From: a virus
Taxonomy: Duplodnaviria; Caudoviricetes
DNA length: 33,072 nucleotides
Virus record (IMG/VR): IMGVR_UViG_3300035396_000152
Location: 1-33,072 of that record
Reading direction: 5' to 3' (one strand)
Shown here piece by piece: positions 1 to 8,513 of the stretch; the stretch's first letter is position 1; every line of letters begins with the position of its first letter. Below the pieces are notes generated by a model, which made no database searches, was not told the DNA's origin, and saw nothing but the letters and a program-made list of their open reading frames with translations. The position numbers and the translations under genes were made by a program.

Positions 1-148
1 CGTCGAGGCTGGCACCATCAAGGCTGGCTCCGTCGAGGCTGGCTCCAATTTTAACGGCTGCTTCAACAGTTTTTTTAATGCTGTTTTCTTCGGCTTCGTG
101 GCTAAAAATTATCTCTCCGCTAAACCTCGATAAAATGTCAATTTTCAC
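1..148 (-). CDS. Pentapeptide-repeat protein (N-terminal part; runs off the window)
   Basis: Not in ORF track. Manual translation from GTG at 148 (GGGGAG RBS upstream): MKIDILSRFSGEIIFSHEAEENSIKKTVEAAVKIGASLDGASLDGASLD, with the A-S-L-D-G pentapeptide repeating. Confidence 0.85.
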   Translation of the reverse strand, partial: MKIDILSRFSGEIIFSHEAEENSIKKTVEAAVKIGASLDGASLDGASLD

Positions 149-285
149 TTTTCTCTCCCCGCTATCATGTTTATGGTTTTTGCTATTCTAACATTCGTAG
201 TCTCTAGCGCTTCCGTCAACTCTCTTCGTATACGTAGAAAATTACGCAAGAAGGCAAGGTTTGTTTCAGTGATAACGGGATTCAT
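145..285 (-). CDS. Small hypothetical protein (46 aa)
   Basis: Manual translation MNPVITETNLAFLRNFLRIRRELTEALETTNVRIAKTINMIAGREK; its stop overlaps the next GTG start (GTGA coupling). Confidence 0.6.
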   Translation of the reverse strand: MNPVITETNLAFLRNFLRIRRELTEALETTNVRIAKTINMIAGREK

Positions 286-286
286 T

Positions 287-436
287 TTACTTCCCAGGCT
301 TCAGATTAAAGCCAGCTTGTTCTTTTTCCATAGCTTCAATTCCACGAACCGCAATTTCTTCCCAGGTGGGACGCCGGATCAATTTTTCTTTTCTCTCTCT
401 AAAACCATCCTCCAGCGCTATCATCGTCTTAAACAT
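287..436 (-). CDS. Small hypothetical protein (49 aa)
   Basis: Strong AAGGAG RBS; MFKTMIALEDGFRERKEKLIRRPTWEEIAVRGIEAMEKEQAGFNLKPGK; first gene after a predicted promoter. Confidence 0.65.
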   Translation of the reverse strand: MFKTMIALEDGFRERKEKLIRRPTWEEIAVRGIEAMEKEQAGFNLKPGK

Positions 437-465
437 TTTTATTACTCCTTGTTAGTTGTTCTTTA

Positions 466-520
466 TGAGTATAAGATAACTACTCACTAATCAAAATGCA
501 AGTCTTTTTTTTATTTTTTG
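466..520 (-). promoter_or_regulatory. Sigma70-type promoter with overlapping operator-like inverted repeat
   Basis: Minus strand TTGCAT (501-496), 17-nt spacer, TATCTT (478-473), A-tract upstream; TGAGTA-N9-TACTCA (466-486) straddles the -10. Confidence 0.6.
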
Positions 521-675
521 AAAATATTTTTTTTGTCATTTTCCTCTTGAATAATCTGCCTGATAATTTCCATAGCCTTACCAAGCAGGTCAATGTGTTT
601 GATATTTGCGGTTTCAGCCTTGCATATTGCCAGTGTCAAGTGTGCATTGTCTAAAAGCTCTTTGATGGTTTTCAT
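511..675 (-). CDS. Small hypothetical protein (54 aa)
   Basis: Manual translation MKTIKELLDNAHLTLAICKAETANIKHIDLLGKAMEIIRQIIQEENDKKNIFKK; ATGA overlap with upstream ORF. Confidence 0.55.
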   Translation of the reverse strand: MKTIKELLDNAHLTLAICKAETANIKHIDLLGKAMEIIRQIIQEENDKKNIFKK

Positions 676-833
676 GATATCTTATCCAGCTTTTTATAAG
701 TTTCTTTTAGTGAAGCATGAATAATGTGCGCTTTTCTTTTGCACTCGTTTATGTCTGATTCTGTAGTTATAGAATCAGCAAGTGCCATAGGAACGATCAG
801 CTCTCTTCTAGTTAAATCAGCTATTATATTCAC
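672..833 (-). CDS. Small hypothetical protein
   Basis: Track ORF 672..860; start moved to GTG at 833 behind AGGGGG RBS. Confidence 0.5.
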   Translation of the reverse strand: MNIIADLTRRELIVPMALADSITTESDINECKRKAHIIHASLKETYKKLDKIS

Positions 834-864
834 ACTTACCCCCCTATTGTTTACTCTCACGGAA

Positions 865-1008
865 TTAAACCGCTCTCTCTTTATTAAATACGCTTATTTG
901 TTCAATTGCTTTCATGCAGCCTATTTTTTCTACTAGATTAGTAGTTTCACTTTTAAGTAAAGATAAGTCGTGTAGTACTTTTTCTCTTATGTAATCGGTT
1001 AGTGTCAT
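865..1008 (-). CDS. Small hypothetical protein (47 aa)
   Basis: Manual translation MTLTDYIREKVLHDLSLLKSETTNLVEKIGCMKAIEQISVFNKERAV; TGATG coupling to helicase stop. Confidence 0.5.
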   Translation of the reverse strand: MTLTDYIREKVLHDLSLLKSETTNLVEKIGCMKAIEQISVFNKERAV

Positions 1009-2324
1009 CATTTACCCCCAAACTGTTTATGTAAATTATCTTCTTTTTTATCTGCTTTCTTTTCTCTTTCAGTTTCGACAAACTTACTATACTGTAAAAA
1101 TCCATTAAAGTTTATTTCAACATCGCTTGCACCATCTCTCTGTATAATCATTGCATCAATATCTTTATGTGTCGAATCAATAGCCATAGGCGTTCCTCTA
1201 TTCGCATCTGTCAAAACTATTGCAGTATCAGCACATTCAAGTATTGCCTGAGAGCCTTTAAAGTATGAATAAACCGGATTGCCAGTTTTCTTTTCAGCTT
1301 CACCGGAAAGCTGTGATAAAATTATAAGCGCAATATTTTCATCTCTGGCAATATCAGAAAGGTCTGCCATAATATTTTCAAGTTCGTCAACTCTGCCATT
1401 TTTCCCGTTTCCACGCCCCCTCATACGCTGTACATAATCGACAACAACAAAATCAACACGCCCTTTATGTTTACGGCTCTTGATAACCGTTGAAATATAA
1501 GCAGGAGAAACGGAAGATTTATTGCTTATATATAACGGCTCATTCATATAGGAGCCTGATTGCTCAATAAGCCCGTCCATGTTTCGCTTAAATATTTCTC
1601 CATTATGCAAATGGTTTGTGTCCGTTTCTGTACGAACAGCCATTATACAAGCATGGATTGCAAAGGGTTGCATTTCCATTGAAAACCATATTCCGCTGTG
1701 TCCGTCTTGTAGTAGTCCACTTGTAAGATGTATGGCAAACCTAGATTTTCCGGTTTTCTTTAAGCCTCCGATTATGTACGTTCTACCTTTTTGCATGTTG
1801 TTAATAACATTATTTAACCTTAACCATGGTGTACGCATACCCATAATTTTATCTTTGTTCAAGCCTCGCTCTTTTACGCTTTCCCAAAAACCCATAACGC
1901 TGTGACCGTGCGAATATTCAACATCTTTTATGTTCAATAATGCAATATCGTTTACCCTTGTTTGCACCTGTGATATATCACACTCTTTATTGTCTATCTG
2001 GATTATGGATTCTGAAAGAGCAACACGCAACACCCTATTAATATAAGCCTCTTCCATTAGTTCTAAATGGTCAATAAAACTTTGTTTGCTTACAGCTTGT
2101 TCTACGCACTCCATGGCAGATATTGTTAATTCGGAGTTGCTTGTAGTAGCTCCGATAGTCGAAACTGATACTGATACTTTTTTGTCAAAAAGATCTTTTA
2201 TTGCTCTGAACAGTAAAATGTGATTGGCATTAGTAAAATGATTCTCCGATACCCTGTCGATAGCTCCAACTAGTACTTCTGGCCATTGTACCATACAACC
2301 CAAAACATATTTTTCGTTAATCAT
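1008..2324 (-). CDS. dnaB: DnaB-like replicative helicase
   Basis: N-terminal EKYVLG...HF...H.LLF.AI..L; Walker A GGLKKTGKS; FSMEM; Walker B VVVDYVQ; LSQL; GSQAILECAD. Start set at ATG 2324 behind GGAGG. Confidence 0.92.
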   Translation of the reverse strand: MINEKYVLGCMVQWPEVLVGAIDRVSENHFTNANHILLFRAIKDLFDKKVSVSVSTIGATTSNSELTISAMECVEQAVSKQSFIDHLELMEEAYINRVLRVALSESIIQIDNKECDISQVQTRVNDIALLNIKDVEYSHGHSVMGFWESVKERGLNKDKIMGMRTPWLRLNNVINNMQKGRTYIIGGLKKTGKSRFAIHLTSGLLQDGHSGIWFSMEMQPFAIHACIMAVRTETDTNHLHNGEIFKRNMDGLIEQSGSYMNEPLYISNKSSVSPAYISTVIKSRKHKGRVDFVVVDYVQRMRGRGNGKNGRVDELENIMADLSDIARDENIALIILSQLSGEAEKKTGNPVYSYFKGSQAILECADTAIVLTDANRGTPMAIDSTHKDIDAMIIQRDGASDVEINFNGFLQYSKFVETEREKKADKKEDNLHKQFGGK

Positions 2325-3030
2325 TAGGTTCCTCCGCATTTAATCTCTTGGCTTCTAAAAGTGAAAAGTTATTGCAAACATACCGGATAGATAAATTGTG
2401 AGTGTGAAATTTATCGCTGGCACAAAACACAACATTGTTGAAAAATCGCTCAATAGTCATATCTGGAAAATCTTGCAAAAACTGTTTAAGGGTTTTTACG
2501 TCTTTTCGATAATCCATGTATTTTACTTTTTTAACAGCCTCGTACCCTTCTCCGAATCTTCTAATGATTTCAGAAAAAAGAGAATGTGCTGGTACAGCAC
2601 TATCTTTCTTTTCTTTAATTCTTAAATTCTTTAATTCTTTAGATGTGTTCACTCGTTGTTCACTCGTTGTTCGGTCGTTGTTCACTCGTTGTTCATTTTG
2701 ATGTTCACTATCCTGATACTTCTCATAGTTAGTTATTGATATTAAACGATTTGTGGAAGTTATTTGTTGTTCAATTTGTTGTTCACTTTCCATCAATTTA
2801 AGAATACGGTCAACCTTACTCTCATTTACGCCTGTACATTCTGCGACTTGTTTTCTACCTGTTGTAAGTTGTCCATATAATACGGTTATACGCTTTCCTC
2901 CAAGCATGGCATCTTTTGGTGTATGTTTAGCTTGCAACAACAACCATACCCATACTGCTAAATAGTCAGGATCTGACATTCTTGGATTATCAAACATGCA
3001 TCGATACAGTTTAATCCAGCCTCTTTGCAT
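2317..3030 (-). CDS. Phage replication initiator (replisome-organiser / lambda O-like)
   Basis: GWIKLYR N-terminus, wHTH-like segment, LISITNYEKYQ motif, internal repeat linker, directly upstream of the helicase. Confidence 0.85.
   Translation of the reverse strand: MQRGWIKLYRCMFDNPRMSDPDYLAVWVWLLLQAKHTPKDAMLGGKRITVLYGQLTTGRKQVAECTGVNESKVDRILKLMESEQQIEQQITSTNRLISITNYEKYQDSEHQNEQRVNNDRTTSEQRVNTSKELKNLRIKEKKDSAVPAHSLFSEIIRRFGEGYEAVKKVKYMDYRKDVKTLKQFLQDFPDMTIERFFNNVVFCASDKFHTHNLSIRYVCNNFSLLEAKRLNAEEPND
2601..2790. repeat. Putative replication origin: 11-bp iterons plus AT-rich segment inside the initiator gene
   Basis: TGTTCACTCGT at 2646, 2657 and 2679, variant TGTTCGGTCGT at 2668, partial copies at 2690 and 2702, TTGTTGTTCA x2 near 2764-2786; adjacent TTCTTTAA-type 8-mers at about 2611-2642. 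Confidence 0.75.
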
Positions 3031-3053
3031 TAACTGATCACCTTATTATAGCA

Positions 3054-3148
3054 TGCTGCAGGGCAAGGTGGAGGCGCTCAAACCATACCTTTTTAATGCA
3101 GGGCAACCCTTACAGCAATTTATTTTTATCCTTGGATTGTGAGCGCCT
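3054..3148 (-). promoter_or_regulatory. Structured 5' leader of the initiator gene (pseudoknot topology)
   Basis: Minus-strand order A (AGGCGCTCA 3148-3140), B (TGCTGTAAGGG 3117-3107), A' (TGAGCGCCT 3080-3072), B' (CCCTGCAGCA 3063-3054). Confidence 0.55.
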
Positions 3149-3160
3149 TAGATACCAATA

Positions 3161-3190
3161 AACATAAACTCACATATTATTAAAAGTCAA
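3161..3190 (-). promoter_or_regulatory. Sigma70-type promoter for replication module
   Basis: TTGACT (3190-3185), 18-nt spacer, TATGTT (3166-3161), AT-rich upstream. Confidence 0.5.
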
Positions 3191-3310
3191 TCTTTATTTT
3201 CACTTTTGCGAAACATCCTTAATCTAAAATCAATAAGTATTTTATATCTCTTTTATTTACAAATACTTACATAATTAAAAATAATTATCAAAACTGCAAA
3301 TAAGATCTGC

Positions 3311-3347
3311 AAAAAGAATAATCCCCGCCTATTTTGTAAGCAGGGAT
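3311..3347 (-). terminator. Intrinsic terminator ending the late operon
   Basis: ATCCCTGCTTA-CAAAA-TAGGCGGGGAT stem (two G-U pairs) followed by TATTCTTTTT. Confidence 0.75.
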
Positions 3348-3384
3348 CTCGGGAGGTGTGTGAGAGTGTAAAGATCGTAATCTA

Positions 3385-3963
3385 CTATAAAATTTGTACT
3401 GCTGTCAAATGTATCTTGTATTTTTCAAATTCACCTGGCTTTGGAGCGATAACGGGCTTTCCAGTTTCCATATCAACAACAACTTTTTTTCCGGTGTCGA
3501 AAATGAATTGTGGCAGAATTCCGCAAATAACCAGATAGATGAAATAATATTCGGAACAGAAAAACTTTCTAGCATCCGCGCCAACCTTGATAAGAGCCTG
3601 TTTAAACAAGCTTTTGAAGTCATAAGGCTTTCCCACCTGTTCCAATGCCCAATCGATTCCTGCGTGCCTTAAACGCTCAAATTCAGGCTTCAGGGAACTC
3701 CAATAAACTTCACCATCAAAATTTTCCAATTGAACCGATAAAAGATTGTATCTTATTCCGTCCGGCTCTGCCTCCAGAGTGAAAACATGATTGCCCTCAT
3801 AACCTCCGTAGTTTTCCAGTACAAAAGCTATACCCGTATGATTAACTTTCTGCTTACTAAAGAATCGAATAATAGAACCTAATGCAGAGCGGGATCTCCA
3901 TTCCAGCATGTCACCAGTCTTGATTTGGTCTCTGATTTGTTTGTACGCAACAAGTGATTTCAC
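3385..3963 (-). CDS. Permuted papain-like NlpC/P60 (YiiX/YaeF, C92-like) enzyme
   Basis: KTGD motif, NHTG (His first), LEA, GKPYD and FFCSE (Cys last): the permuted His-before-Cys order. Confidence 0.85.
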   Translation of the reverse strand: MKSLVAYKQIRDQIKTGDMLEWRSRSALGSIIRFFSKQKVNHTGIAFVLENYGGYEGNHVFTLEAEPDGIRYNLLSVQLENFDGEVYWSSLKPEFERLRHAGIDWALEQVGKPYDFKSLFKQALIKVGADARKFFCSEYYFIYLVICGILPQFIFDTGKKVVVDMETGKPVIAPKPGEFEKYKIHLTAVQIL

Positions 3964-3991
3964 AATTATTTTCCTTTACCTCTAAGGTAAA

Positions 3992-4351
3992 TCATTTTCT
4001 TCCCATAAATGCAATAGAGAAGTGATTACCGTCCGGCTTCGGTGTGCCGTCTGAACTCTTAAACCTACCACCCCACGACCCGCCCATCGATTCCCATAGT
4101 TCACCTATTTCTTTATAGTCCTCTGTTTTTGTTAACAATATTCCATTTTTAAAAACATTTAAATCCATGGCCAGCCTATCTAGATGGACGCTTTTAAGGC
4201 TCCCCACTTTTCTATCGGCGTATATTTTAACCATTTCAGGGGGCCTCCAGGCCTCGCCAAGCGTGCAGTCATAGCCAATATGTTTTATTCTCAAAATGAA
4301 ATCAGCAATAAGAACGGAGAACTCTTTTTGTTTTTCTAGTAGTAAAGACAT
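3992..4351 (-). CDS. M15-family metallopeptidase endolysin
   Basis: GEAWR, S.H...LA.D zinc-ligand motif, WGGRF, DGNHFS. Confidence 0.9.
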   Translation of the reverse strand: MSLLLEKQKEFSVLIADFILRIKHIGYDCTLGEAWRPPEMVKIYADRKVGSLKSVHLDRLAMDLNVFKNGILLTKTEDYKEIGELWESMGGSWGGRFKSSDGTPKPDGNHFSIAFMGRK

Positions 4352-4362
4352 AATATTTCCTT

Positions 4363-4791
4363 TTATTTAACCAGCGCAACGATTGTAGTGATCACAGAAA
4401 GCACGCTTATGATTATCAAAAACACTCGCTGCTCTGCATTGTTACTTGGCTTTTCTTCAATAAGTTTTTGCACATTATTCTCCAATCTCTCTTCTAGTAT
4501 TGGCATGGTTACGACACTTGATAATTTGCTCTCTATCTTTTCCAGTCTGACATAGTCGCGATTGCTTCGTTTTTCTAAATCTGTCAACCCTTTTTCAAGG
4601 GAATCAATTTTTCTTGAATATAAATCGGAAAGCATGTTTAACTTGCTGTTTAACGTCTCTACTGTCATTGTTACGATTTGCAGTCTATCCGTTACGTTAT
4701 TAAGCGCTTTTGTTGTTGTTTCTAAGCTTATCGTAAGTTGACCAATAACATAATCGGTAGAATTTTTATTTAGTTCATGTTCTTCTGGCAT
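4363..4791 (-). CDS. Coiled-coil protein with C-terminal transmembrane helix (possible holin-like protein)
   Basis: Heptad-rich body; hydrophobic tail VFLIIISVLSVITTIVALVK; immediately upstream of endolysin. The holin role is positional inference. Confidence 0.5.
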   Translation of the reverse strand: MPEEHELNKNSTDYVIGQLTISLETTTKALNNVTDRLQIVTMTVETLNSKLNMLSDLYSRKIDSLEKGLTDLEKRSNRDYVRLEKIESKLSSVVTMPILEERLENNVQKLIEEKPSNNAEQRVFLIIISVLSVITTIVALVK

Positions 4792-4794
4792 TTT

Positions 4795-5415
4795 TTACTC
4801 CTCAAATAAGCGGTCTATATCTTCGGCTGATATTTCTACTGCGGTATGTTTTATGGGGTCTCTTTTACCTGTCATACTCATGCTATATGTGCAAGAAAGG
4901 TCCCCACATAAAACGCAAGACATTTCTTCGACAACTATATCTGATCTATTCATTCTCATATTTATTATTGCTGCACAAGAACCTTTATTGTAGTCGCATA
5001 GTTCCCTTGAATACTGAGTGATGTCAACAGGGCTTATACGAAATATAAGGTTACCGGATTCTTCCGTTAACGTACAGTTTAAATTCTTATTGATATAGGA
5101 AGTCATTATGTAAGGAAGAAATTTCTTGAGCGCAATCATCGGAAGAACTTTAAGTATCCTTGTTTGTTTTGTGCTATGTCGATATTGCTCCATTGTTGCA
5201 TTGTATCCTAAAGTATAGTTGTCAACGTATAATTTCTTTCCAACAAAAGACTGAATCTGATTCCACTCCTCAAAAGAAATCCATCTTGTATCGGACAATA
5301 ACTTAGTTGCTATTGTGCTTATCTGCGATAAAACATACTGACTATCTAACCCACAACTAGATGCGTAGCTGAGAAGAAGTTTTGTTGCGTAAGATGATAT
5401 TGTGTTCTTGTCCAT
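4795..5415 (-). CDS. Stand-alone V4R/HNOB-like small-ligand-binding domain protein
   Basis: C-terminal CDYNKG...VVEEMSCVLCGDLSCTY fits the V4R C...E..C...GD..C pattern; N-terminal LLSYA...G.D...VL...L.D..WIS resembles sensor N-termini of bacterial signalling proteins. Confidence 0.65.
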   Translation of the reverse strand: MDKNTISSYATKLLLSYASSCGLDSQYVLSQISTIATKLLSDTRWISFEEWNQIQSFVGKKLYVDNYTLGYNATMEQYRHSTKQTRILKVLPMIALKKFLPYIMTSYINKNLNCTLTEESGNLIFRISPVDITQYSRELCDYNKGSCAAIINMRMNRSDIVVEEMSCVLCGDLSCTYSMSMTGKRDPIKHTAVEISAEDIDRLFEE

Positions 5416-5422
5416 AGTAATC

Positions 5423-7735
5423 TTATAAAATTGTTATTACGGCGGAACTATTAGTCTCTAAGGTATATGTAATATAAAAACCTCCGCCCGAAGGAGTTAG
5501 GGAGGTGTCTGCTGTTACTTGGATTGTCACTTTGCTTGTTCCATCTACGGTTGAAAACAATCCCGTTAATGTTCCGGTTATCTTACGTTCGACTTCGAGA
5601 CCACTAAGTATATCGCTATCTACAACAGTATCTTTTACTCCGGCTGTGTAACTTGCTAATCCAGAAATAGTTTGATAATTTCCTGAGCCATCATGAACAT
5701 GAATCTCATATGAAAGCACACCAGAACACGTTTGTCCATTGTTAGGTAATGCTATTTCGAAAAGAGATGTTGCCACATTGTCTGTTAAGACTTTAACTAA
5801 TTTTTTGTAAGGTATAGGTAAAAGCGTATTGCCACTATAATCTTTTATTACTTTATCTTGAGCTAACCATATGTCTTTGTTGGTTGTTGTTTTATCGCTT
5901 TCCATTAGTAGTTTTGCAGGAATGCTTCCGCTTGCGCTAGAGACCCACTCATCTACCGCAAGTATAGGGTTTTCATGCCACGCCCTTCCAGTAAATATTA
6001 CATCTACTGTACCGGTAGGTATGAATAGCGCATAGTATGTGTGCGCTGAGACCGAAGGAACTGTGTATGTTAGTGTTCTTAAATAAACCTCGATATCTCC
6101 GGACACAATAAATTTACTTACTTGTGCGTTATATTGCACGTTATCAATTACCGATACGTCTACTGTTGTGGTTTCATTAGAGGAGTGTATGTCAAATCTA
6201 CCTTCGGTTCCGCACTTAATAGATTCGTCTGTTGTTCTACATAGTAGAATGTAGTGTCTATTGTCGTCTGTCGTTCCCAACTTCTTTCCGTAAATAGGTC
6301 TTAGTGATTGGCCAAGAGCTGATACTGTTAGATCTCCGGCTGAAACAGCTCCAGCAACTGTCAATTTCTGTGTAGGCGCTTCACCAAGACCGACATTTCC
6401 TAACTGGTCTTCTATAATATTTGCTTCACGATACAGTACAACACTCGAAACGCTTCCGGATGCAATAACTGTCGGATATGATACCCACGCTCTGCCTGAG
6501 AAAAAAATGTCAAAAGTTGATGTACTAGCGGGAACAATCTTTAATGCAAAATAACTAACTGCTGAATACGTTAATGTGACAAGTGACACTTCGCATCTAT
6601 CTTTATGCACAAAAAATTCTTTCGCTTCTAACATAGTTGGACTATTTTGTATATCGATATCAACACTAGCAAAGGAGTCATAGTCTCCATAAATGCTAAT
6701 TCTCCCCACCGTCCCACTTCGACTTACGCTCTCTTCTGCTTTACACAATAACACATAGCTAGTCGTCACAGCTGTAGCCGTTCCTATTTTTTTACCAAAT
6801 ACTGGACGAAGAGAAACGCCATAACCTCCAGAATCTGGAGTTAACTCGCCGAATGCCGCAGCTCCGGCAACTTCTAGTTTTTCTGTTGGTAATGCTGTAC
6901 CAATACCAACATTATTACCATCTATTATGATTGCTCCAGAATTGGCGTTAGCTCCTAGTGCCAATTGTATCCCAGCAGCGGCAGTAATTCGCATTTCATT
7001 CCCACTTGTCGTATAATCCTGAAACCACAATTTATATCCGGTAGTTCCTCCAATAATCAGGTCTCCCGATGATATGCGAATACTTCCACCAGCTACATGA
7101 AATTTATCTGTTGGTGATGCTGTACCAATGCCAACTTTATCTAAACTGCCAACGGCGGTTAAAAGATTGGCATCCGTATCTCCTTCAACTCTAAAGTCAA
7201 CGCTTGCACCAGAATCATTAATAGTCACAGCTCCGTCTAATAGCGCACCAGTAGATTTTATATTGCCTACAATGTGTAGTTTTTCTGTTGGTTCTAAGGT
7301 TCCCACACCTACACGATTATCTCCAGCGTCTATAAATACATTCGGCGCCACGCTGGAAGTTCCCCATATCGCAGTGTCAACGTCATCAATATTAGCGTTG
7401 ATGGTTATACGACCGGAAGCATACAAATATTCCAAAACTTTAACGCTGTTTGCTAATAAATATGATGCTAACGTATCATTGATTACTAGTTTGTTATTAA
7501 CATCGGTTCCTATTGATACATCTCCCACCGCGGTAAGAGCCCCTGTTGTAAGCGCTCCTATCGATCTGGTCGGAGTTCCGCTTCCATCAAGCGTTAAAGC
7601 TTCATACTCTACAGTGCCTGCGTCAAAATATTTTAGCCGCTTATTTGTAGAATCAAAACCCAACAGCAAAGGTCTTTTTGAGGCTGCAATATTAACTGCT
7701 GAATCTTCAAGATTTTTAAATATGATATTTGCCAT
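5423..7735 (-). CDS. Tail fibre / receptor-binding protein
   Basis: Repeated (N/R/K)VG(I/V/L)G...PT(E/D/Q)K(L/F).V.G fibre motifs; last gene of the tail module. Confidence 0.8.
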   Translation of the reverse strand: MANIIFKNLEDSAVNIAASKRPLLLGFDSTNKRLKYFDAGTVEYEALTLDGSGTPTRSIGALTTGALTAVGDVSIGTDVNNKLVINDTLASYLLANSVKVLEYLYASGRITINANIDDVDTAIWGTSSVAPNVFIDAGDNRVGVGTLEPTEKLHIVGNIKSTGALLDGAVTINDSGASVDFRVEGDTDANLLTAVGSLDKVGIGTASPTDKFHVAGGSIRISSGDLIIGGTTGYKLWFQDYTTSGNEMRITAAAGIQLALGANANSGAIIIDGNNVGIGTALPTEKLEVAGAAAFGELTPDSGGYGVSLRPVFGKKIGTATAVTTSYVLLCKAEESVSRSGTVGRISIYGDYDSFASVDIDIQNSPTMLEAKEFFVHKDRCEVSLVTLTYSAVSYFALKIVPASTSTFDIFFSGRAWVSYPTVIASGSVSSVVLYREANIIEDQLGNVGLGEAPTQKLTVAGAVSAGDLTVSALGQSLRPIYGKKLGTTDDNRHYILLCRTTDESIKCGTEGRFDIHSSNETTTVDVSVIDNVQYNAQVSKFIVSGDIEVYLRTLTYTVPSVSAHTYYALFIPTGTVDVIFTGRAWHENPILAVDEWVSSASGSIPAKLLMESDKTTTNKDIWLAQDKVIKDYSGNTLLPIPYKKLVKVLTDNVATSLFEIALPNNGQTCSGVLSYEIHVHDGSGNYQTISGLASYTAGVKDTVVDSDILSGLEVERKITGTLTGLFSTVDGTSKVTIQVTADTSLTPSGGGFYITYTLETNSSAVITIL

Positions 7736-7736
7736 T

Positions 7737-8513
7737 TTAGTAAGTCCCCACTGACATGACGCCAGTATTGAATGTATTTTGCTTTATATCGCCAGTTGAG
7801 TATGTATCTTGCCAAGTTTCCGAATCCGGAACACTTGTTGCACCTATCTCCAACAGTTTTAAACCTATTGAAGGATTGCCTCCAACAGTGGTATTTATTT
7901 TTGTTTTAACAATTAACCAAACCTTATTGTTAAGAGCAGAAGAATTAAGTATTGATATGTTCGTTGATACTTGGTCTCCTATTTCAGCCTTAAGCATGGT
8001 ATACGCACACTCAATATCAATCATTGCCATAGGTTGCCAGCGCTGTAAAACGATTGCCCTTGCTAATCTTTCAGCCGTAAAAGCGTGCCTAATTCCATCG
8101 GCCTCAATGGTCAATATATTTTCTGATTCTCTAGCTTCATAAGCGGACTGTAGGAGTCCTGAATAATACTGCCAGTTTCCGTTTGTATCAATAATGCTCC
8201 AATTGTGTAAATTATTTGTGTTGCCAATGCGATAACAGTAAGAAGTAGCTGCAAAAGAGTTATTTTCTGGTAGCACTTTTTGATACTTGATTACAATTCC
8301 ACTTATCGTATCTTCGATATTTGTATAGCTAATCTTAACTGCTGGTTTGTTCCTTTTAAGAAGTATATCAGTATCGGCAATTTCATAAGCGATAGTACCG
8401 TCTAGATCGGTTCTAGCAAGTGCAAGCTTACCATTATATTTTTCATAGGCAAAGCCAGCGCTATTTTTTAAAAATAAATTCATGCACTCTTTAAATTTTG
8501 GTCTACCACTCAT
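7737..8513 (-). CDS. Tail tip / hub protein (C-terminal-type domain)
   Basis: TIEADGIRH..TA..LA and EIGDQV motifs typical of phage tail-tip C-termini; ATGA overlap and AGGAG RBS. Confidence 0.65.
   Translation of the reverse strand: MSGRPKFKECMNLFLKNSAGFAYEKYNGKLALARTDLDGTIAYEIADTDILLKRNKPAVKISYTNIEDTISGIVIKYQKVLPENNSFAATSYCYRIGNTNNLHNWSIIDTNGNWQYYSGLLQSAYEARESENILTIEADGIRHAFTAERLARAIVLQRWQPMAMIDIECAYTMLKAEIGDQVSTNISILNSSALNNKVWLIVKTKINTTVGGNPSIGLKLLEIGATSVPDSETWQDTYSTGDIKQNTFNTGVMSVGTY

Noticed and set aside
5423-7735. Diversity-generating retroelement target in the tail fibre
   Set aside because: No reverse transcriptase gene or near-identical template repeat is visible in the window.
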